This document shows positions 59,001 through 64,000 of a DNA stretch of 64,000 bases, piece by piece (positions within the stretch are counted from its first letter, which is position 1; the number at the start of each line of letters is the position of its first letter). The notes under the pieces are model-generated. The model was not told the DNA's origin. It saw nothing but the letters and a program-made list of their open reading frames with translations, and did not search any database. Position numbers and translations under genes: made by a program. This stretch comes from Catajapyx aquilonaris (taxonomy: Eukaryota): contig KZ537957.1 in the NCBI GenBank assembly GCA_000934665.2, positions 1-64,000 on the forward strand. Reading direction: 5' to 3'.

Positions 59001-60257
59001 TGCAGCTCAGGACACTCCATCTTGCGCTGTCCCATGGCGTGACCTGCATGGACAATTAACCGCCATACTCTGGTCGTACAATTGGTCAGGTGTGGAGCAT
59101 GTGGGGGTGACATGTGCAGCCCTGCACACACATATTTCCATAAAAGTTGACTGTAAAAATGAGATACTTAGGACAGTACCTGGAGATTGCCAAATATTTT
59201 GCGTGATATTGGGTGATTTTCTAAAATTCACAAAATCTGCTCAATTATTTCACAATATTGGAATTTTAAATTATTAAATTATAATTTAAACCCTAATTTT
59301 ACATTTTATATCATTATTCGTGTTGATAAGTTGCAAACTGTAGTTTACATTCATTTACTACATTTGTGAATATATTCATGAATTATTTTTATTCGTTAAT
59401 CTTAAATTGACAATATTTAAATATACCGTATTACAAAAAACTGGCCTTATTTAATTATATTAGGCTACATACCGTGCATAAAATTTAATTTTATTTAGAA
59501 TGGTTTAACTCTATCATACTTATCTTCAATACTAGGATCGCGACAATTAGCGCCAAAACTGCTCGATAAATATAATGACGCCCCAACGCAACCCAGCACG
59601 AGATAATCCCCCGCAACAAATTATTAATCAATCATAATATATTTGAAGAAGAAGAAAAAAACCGTTAGTTCCTGAACACTCCGAGCGTGAATAATAGCTA
59701 GCTACAAAGCAGCCACATCTGACAGGTGAAATTCACGCGAGATCCAATACACTACCAAGGTCACTCAGACTTCGTGCTACGGAGTAAGTAGTGCGCAAAT
59801 AAATGATTCGGTATTCCCAACAAAGAGCGGGAGTTCTTCGACCCGGTCAAGGCTGGGCTGGAAAACGCAGAGCATCGTTTTACTAGGCCTGGCTTGGGCT
59901 AGCTAGGATGTGGAGCACGCAAAAGAAAATTGAGGCAATAAAAAAAATGGTTGGACGACTCTCCGATGAGTATGCATAGAGAAAGTAATACAGGTCAGAT
60001 CTTTGGAGTAAGATTGCGCCATTACGGCATGCCGCAATCTCCGTCCACGAAGACTCTCCGTAAAGGGTTTATTTTTAAGTCGGGTCGTAACCTGGGGTTG
60101 AAATGAACCCCCCCATGAGCCCATCATCCTACGTAAGATTGGTATGTAACACACTCATTTTGGGACTGCTCGCAGTAAAGTCTAGCTAAATTTTCTCAAT
60201 TATTTTTATTTACTCAAAATTTAATTTTTATTTCCCTTAACAATTCAATTTTAATGT

Positions 60258-60375
60258 TCCTCAAAAATGGAATTTTATTCTCCAAAAAATGACTTTTTAT
60301 TTTGCAAAAAATGAATTTCATTCTCCAAAAAAATGAATTTCATTCTCCAAAAAATGAATATTATTTTCCAAAAAT
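60258..60375. repeat. AT-rich ~21-bp tandem repeat
   Basis: About five variants of tttcattctccaaaaaatgaa. Confidence 0.7.
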
Positions 60376-60960
60376 TTTTTGACTTCATTACAAATTTTGA
60401 GCAGATCGAAAATATTCATCTGCCTAGTACGCAGTATATTCATAAGTACCAGTATGTGCAATATTATGATGATGAGAATGGTCATAGGGCAGTGTGCAGA
60501 AGTGAACTTGCCCCCCCCCCCCCCCTTCCAGTCAGCCCCTGGCCACAAACCCTACCGTGTAATCGATTAAATCCAAGTGCGCTTATATTACGTGTGACGC
60601 ACTACCGAAGCGAAAATGTATGATTTAGGGAGTCATTGCCTTTATCAAGTCGATAGTTGCGGGGAAGCCTAATTTTGAGTCCGGTTACCTAGCAATTCCT
60701 CGTCAGTTTAATTAGTTTGCACAAAGGGCATGTACATCCCAGATTCTGGGAGTCAGTGTTGGACACCCCACAAAAACATGGTCCGGGCACAGCCTGAAGC
60801 CCTGTTTTTATTGCCCCCCTTTTTTCCCCAGGAGCTGCACTGGCGCAGTATGCAGTGTCACATCATCCCCGGTACACTGTATATCGCTCAAAAACAGAGA
60901 CAATGCATTTGATTCAAGTGCAGGCTGAACTTGAGGAAAATGCAATGTTTTTGAGCGATA

Positions 60961-61579
60961 TAGTGTTCGACATTAATCGAGTCGTACTGCTAGAGACATT
61001 TTTCGATGCGGCAGACGTGCAAATCGAAGTAATAGAGTGTGAGCCATGCGAGAAAGAAATGGTAGGCTGGGGGCATGGTCTTAGAATACTAAGGTCTGGA
61101 CACTCCCTATTATCGCCTGCCGGGGCATTTTGCATGAGGTGCTCACTTGAGAGCGCCATGAGACAGCTTCTCATTGCGCTATTATGTGGCGACCCTACTG
61201 GACTACGCTGAACTTTATAGGTACAAAAGGGAAGAGCTACATTGGGGGACCCAACATGGTCGCCGGCGGCCATGTTGGGCCATTATGTACCGGCTTCTCT
61301 TCTACCTTAGTTCAGCGTAGTCCGGTAGGGTCGCCACATAATAGCGTAATGAAAAGCTGTCTCATGGTGCTCTCAGGTGAGCACCTCATGCAAAACGCCC
61401 CGGCAGGCGATATGATAAGATTGTAGGGGTAGTGTCCGGGGGCTGGTTGGGGGCAAGCCTTTAGCCGGTGACGTCACTCAAGGCCTACCTCTTCTGATTC
61501 GCACGGCTCGCACTCCATCACACGTCTGCCGCATCGAAAAATGTCGCTAGCAGTATGACGCGATTAATGACCAACACTG
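60961..61579. mobile_element. Older foldback MITE hosting a nested insertion
   Basis: Left arm tagtgttcgacattaatcgagtcgtactgctagagacatttttcgatgcggcagacgtg pairs with right arm cacgtctgccgcatcgaaaaatgtcgctagcagtatgacgcgattaatgaccaacactg. Confidence 0.75.
61074..61412. mobile_element. Palindromic MITE, right-end-truncated copy of the 62669-63029 family
   Basis: Near-identical to 62669-62992 (catggtcttagaatactaaggtctggacactc...); the right terminus is missing after cggcaggcgata. Confidence 0.85.
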
Positions 61580-62668
61580 TACGTACTACGAACCTTATGA
61601 AAAGCAAGCTATACTAAAGAGTCCACCTTTGATCATACTTGAAATCTTGGTCCGTGATGAAGCCTCCCGGCTCTTTACTTGTCAAAGTTGGCCCATTAGA
61701 CTGCGAAATGCAAGCCCACCCCAGCATCAGTCTATACTCCCAAGACCTCCCGAGGGAAATGCCACGTATCTTTAGCGCTTCAGCTCGTTTGAAGTCCCTA
61801 GCACTCGCCTACGCCCATCCCATTCCAAACTACCGCGTTTGCTAATTCACGCACTCCCAAGCTCTTTGACCCTCTCTTGTAATTCCGACCTCCCACTCCC
61901 AAGCACGACCATCACACTTGGGTTACTGCGAGTTACTGCTGCCATCAACCTAAAGTTGGTTGCATACCATCAGGATTACATTTAGTTGAAAAAAATATAT
62001 AGTACTGTTCTTTTCCCATAGATTTGACCGTGTTCACTCTTGCGATGACGTTACGGTGGCGATCGTACACCGGCCTGTTACGCCCGCCCGAGCACGTGTT
62101 ACATCCCCGTCGTACGTATCGTGTGAAAATGAAGCTGGGGCTAAATGAAACGCGACCACACTTGCACTGCATCCTGGAATAAGGTTGGAGTTTGTCGGAC
62201 CATCTGTGGCCATTCCGAGCCCTATAGACTATGGAAAGGGGGCTATACACACACACACAACACCCAGCACCATTCTCCATTCTGTATATTGGTGTGGACC
62301 CTCGCTTCAGCTGATTTCCCTTGTAAATGCAGTCTGCTGATAATTCCGCTCATGTAATGGAATCCCTCGGTTTTACTACCACCAAATTTGACTGATGCGG
62401 ATTTACACGACTTGGTTAATGACGTCTCAACTGCCAAACGGAAAAGCCTATCAACAGGGTTTTGGGATTTACAGCGGGGAGGCCTCTATCCTTAATTAAA
62501 AACCTATTACCCACGCAAATCCAAGCGTCGATAAAAGTCTACTGATGTTAATGTAGTTGCAAGTTAGTCGTATACTGTGTATGGCATTTGGCGCTTCTGA
62601 CGTTGTATGGGACTGGTGTCGATTTGTGACAGCTCACTAGACCCCATCGAGTCAATCAGGGTCGTGAA

Positions 62669-63029
62669 CATGGTCTTAGAATACTAAGGTCTGGACACTC
62701 CTTCTTATCGCCTGCCGGGGCGTTTTGCATGAGGTGCTCACTTGAGAGCGCCATGATACAGCTTTTTATTGCGCTATTATGTGGCGACCCTACCAGACTA
62801 CGCTGAACTTTATATGTACAAAAGGGAAGCGCTACATTGGGGGACCCAACATGGTCGCCGGTGGCCACGTTGGCTTCTCTTCTACCTTAGTTCAGCGTAG
62901 TCCGGTAGGGTCGCCACATAATAGCGCAATGAAAAGCTGTCTCATGGCGCTCTCAAGTGAGCACCTCATGCAAAACGCCCCGGCAGGCGATAAGAGAGTG
63001 TGTCCAGACCTTATTATGCTAAGACCATG
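62669..63029. mobile_element. Palindromic MITE, 361 bp, 8-bp TSD (hAT or P superfamily)
   Basis: Ends catggtcttag / ctaagaccatg; ~140-bp inverted arms; flanks gtcgtgaa (62661-68) and gtcgtgga (63030-37), a 7/8 match. Confidence 0.87.
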
Positions 63030-64000
63030 GTCGTGGACGTGCCTACAATATGTTTATTAGCCAGCCTCGCAACGGGCTATCTCACGACTACATACCCTCT
63101 CACCACGCCATCTCTTAGCAAAACTGCCAACTTCGTCGAAAGCCTGGCCACCTGAACAAAAAGGTTGTCCCATCCACCCTATGTAAAGACCACGAAATCT
63201 TGAAGACTTCTGGTAAATGGTGGTCTGAAGTTACCCGGAACTATTTTGCGGGGAAAAGTTAGTGGGCCAGAAAGCTTTCCGCAAGTAAAGCGGGGATTAG
63301 GAGCGAAAGTTCCTTCTCACTTCTTCGGTTACCTGCGAACTTATTTTGGCTGTCCAATCTCACTTTGAACTGTATAGCATAAGAAGGCTTTAGAGTTACG
63401 AGCCATGCCCTGAATGCCCAATGCCTTATTTTAGGAACGAATTTTCATGCTGTACTGGTAGAGAGAGACGAAGGAAGTTTCGAGGCATCATCAATCTTTC
63501 CCACTATTTTCATACCCTGCTAGTGTTCCAGGGTTCGCCAAATCTCAGATGGTTTTAGAAAGGGGAAGTTGGTTCGTGGAATATGCAAGGCCAAAAGACC
63601 TCATGTCCGATCATCCATGCTGCTGCACTCCTGCCGGATTCTCGGCCTCTTTTCTTTTCATGGATAAGTACTGTACATGTTCAGCACTCAAATCATACAG
63701 TGCAATACTGTACAGTTCGGATTCTAGTGCAGTACAATGCAGCCAGGATTGTGTACCTTCCAGCAGTTCTTCTGTGTAAATAAAAGGTCCAATGTCAGCT
63801 CACATTGCACTGTACTTAATTGCTTATTAAGCTCATTCAGTTGATGAAAACTATACTTGTAGCTGTAATTATAAAATCATACAAGTGTGTGTTAGACGTT
63901 TCTATAATCTACTGTACACAAGCCCAATCATATGGAGATTACTGTATCAATTCTGTGACTCAATTGTGCACAGCTTTGTGTTTTTGCTTCGTGCGAATCA

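Noticed and set aside
52464..59277. Scattered 80-140 aa ORFs as possible decayed TE or viral genes
   Set aside because: I could not recognise any motif; a translated search would be needed.
60855..63060. Mutually similar ORFs on both strands (VQRSPVGSPHNSAM...)
   Set aside because: A consequence of the palindromic MITE copies.

Overview
Eukaryotic DNA, almost certainly arthropod and probably a non-dipteran insect, with spliced genes; the ORF track is mostly noise or single exons. Contents: (1) 1-7.3 kb, a ~3 kb-period tandem array of three divergent ionotropic chemoreceptor (IR) genes, two intact with one intron each and one 5'-disrupted and frameshifted; (2) complete cullin-3 on the minus strand (12 coding exons, 24681->9826, 771 aa); (3) complete propionyl-CoA carboxylase beta subunit on the plus strand (9 exons, 26846->30454, 554 aa), head-to-head with Cul3 across a CpG-rich promoter with two DRE motifs; (4) the last 7 coding exons of a PRKX/PKA-C3-type kinase on the minus strand (38342->31261), whose 5' exon I could not find; (5) ~25 kb of non-coding DNA, probably intronic. 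The introns hold many MITEs and foldback elements with readable target-site duplications, some nested, and one Tc1/mariner derivative whose ORF stays open after an in-frame loss of the catalytic core. Two GC-AG introns occur in neighbouring genes, and CpG density shifts sharply near 34 kb. I found no convincing wholly new biological system. The best leads are the core-deleted transposase ORF, the mosaic IR array and the in-frame GC-AG intron in the kinase. All coordinates were read by eye and all identifications are by motif recognition, not database search.
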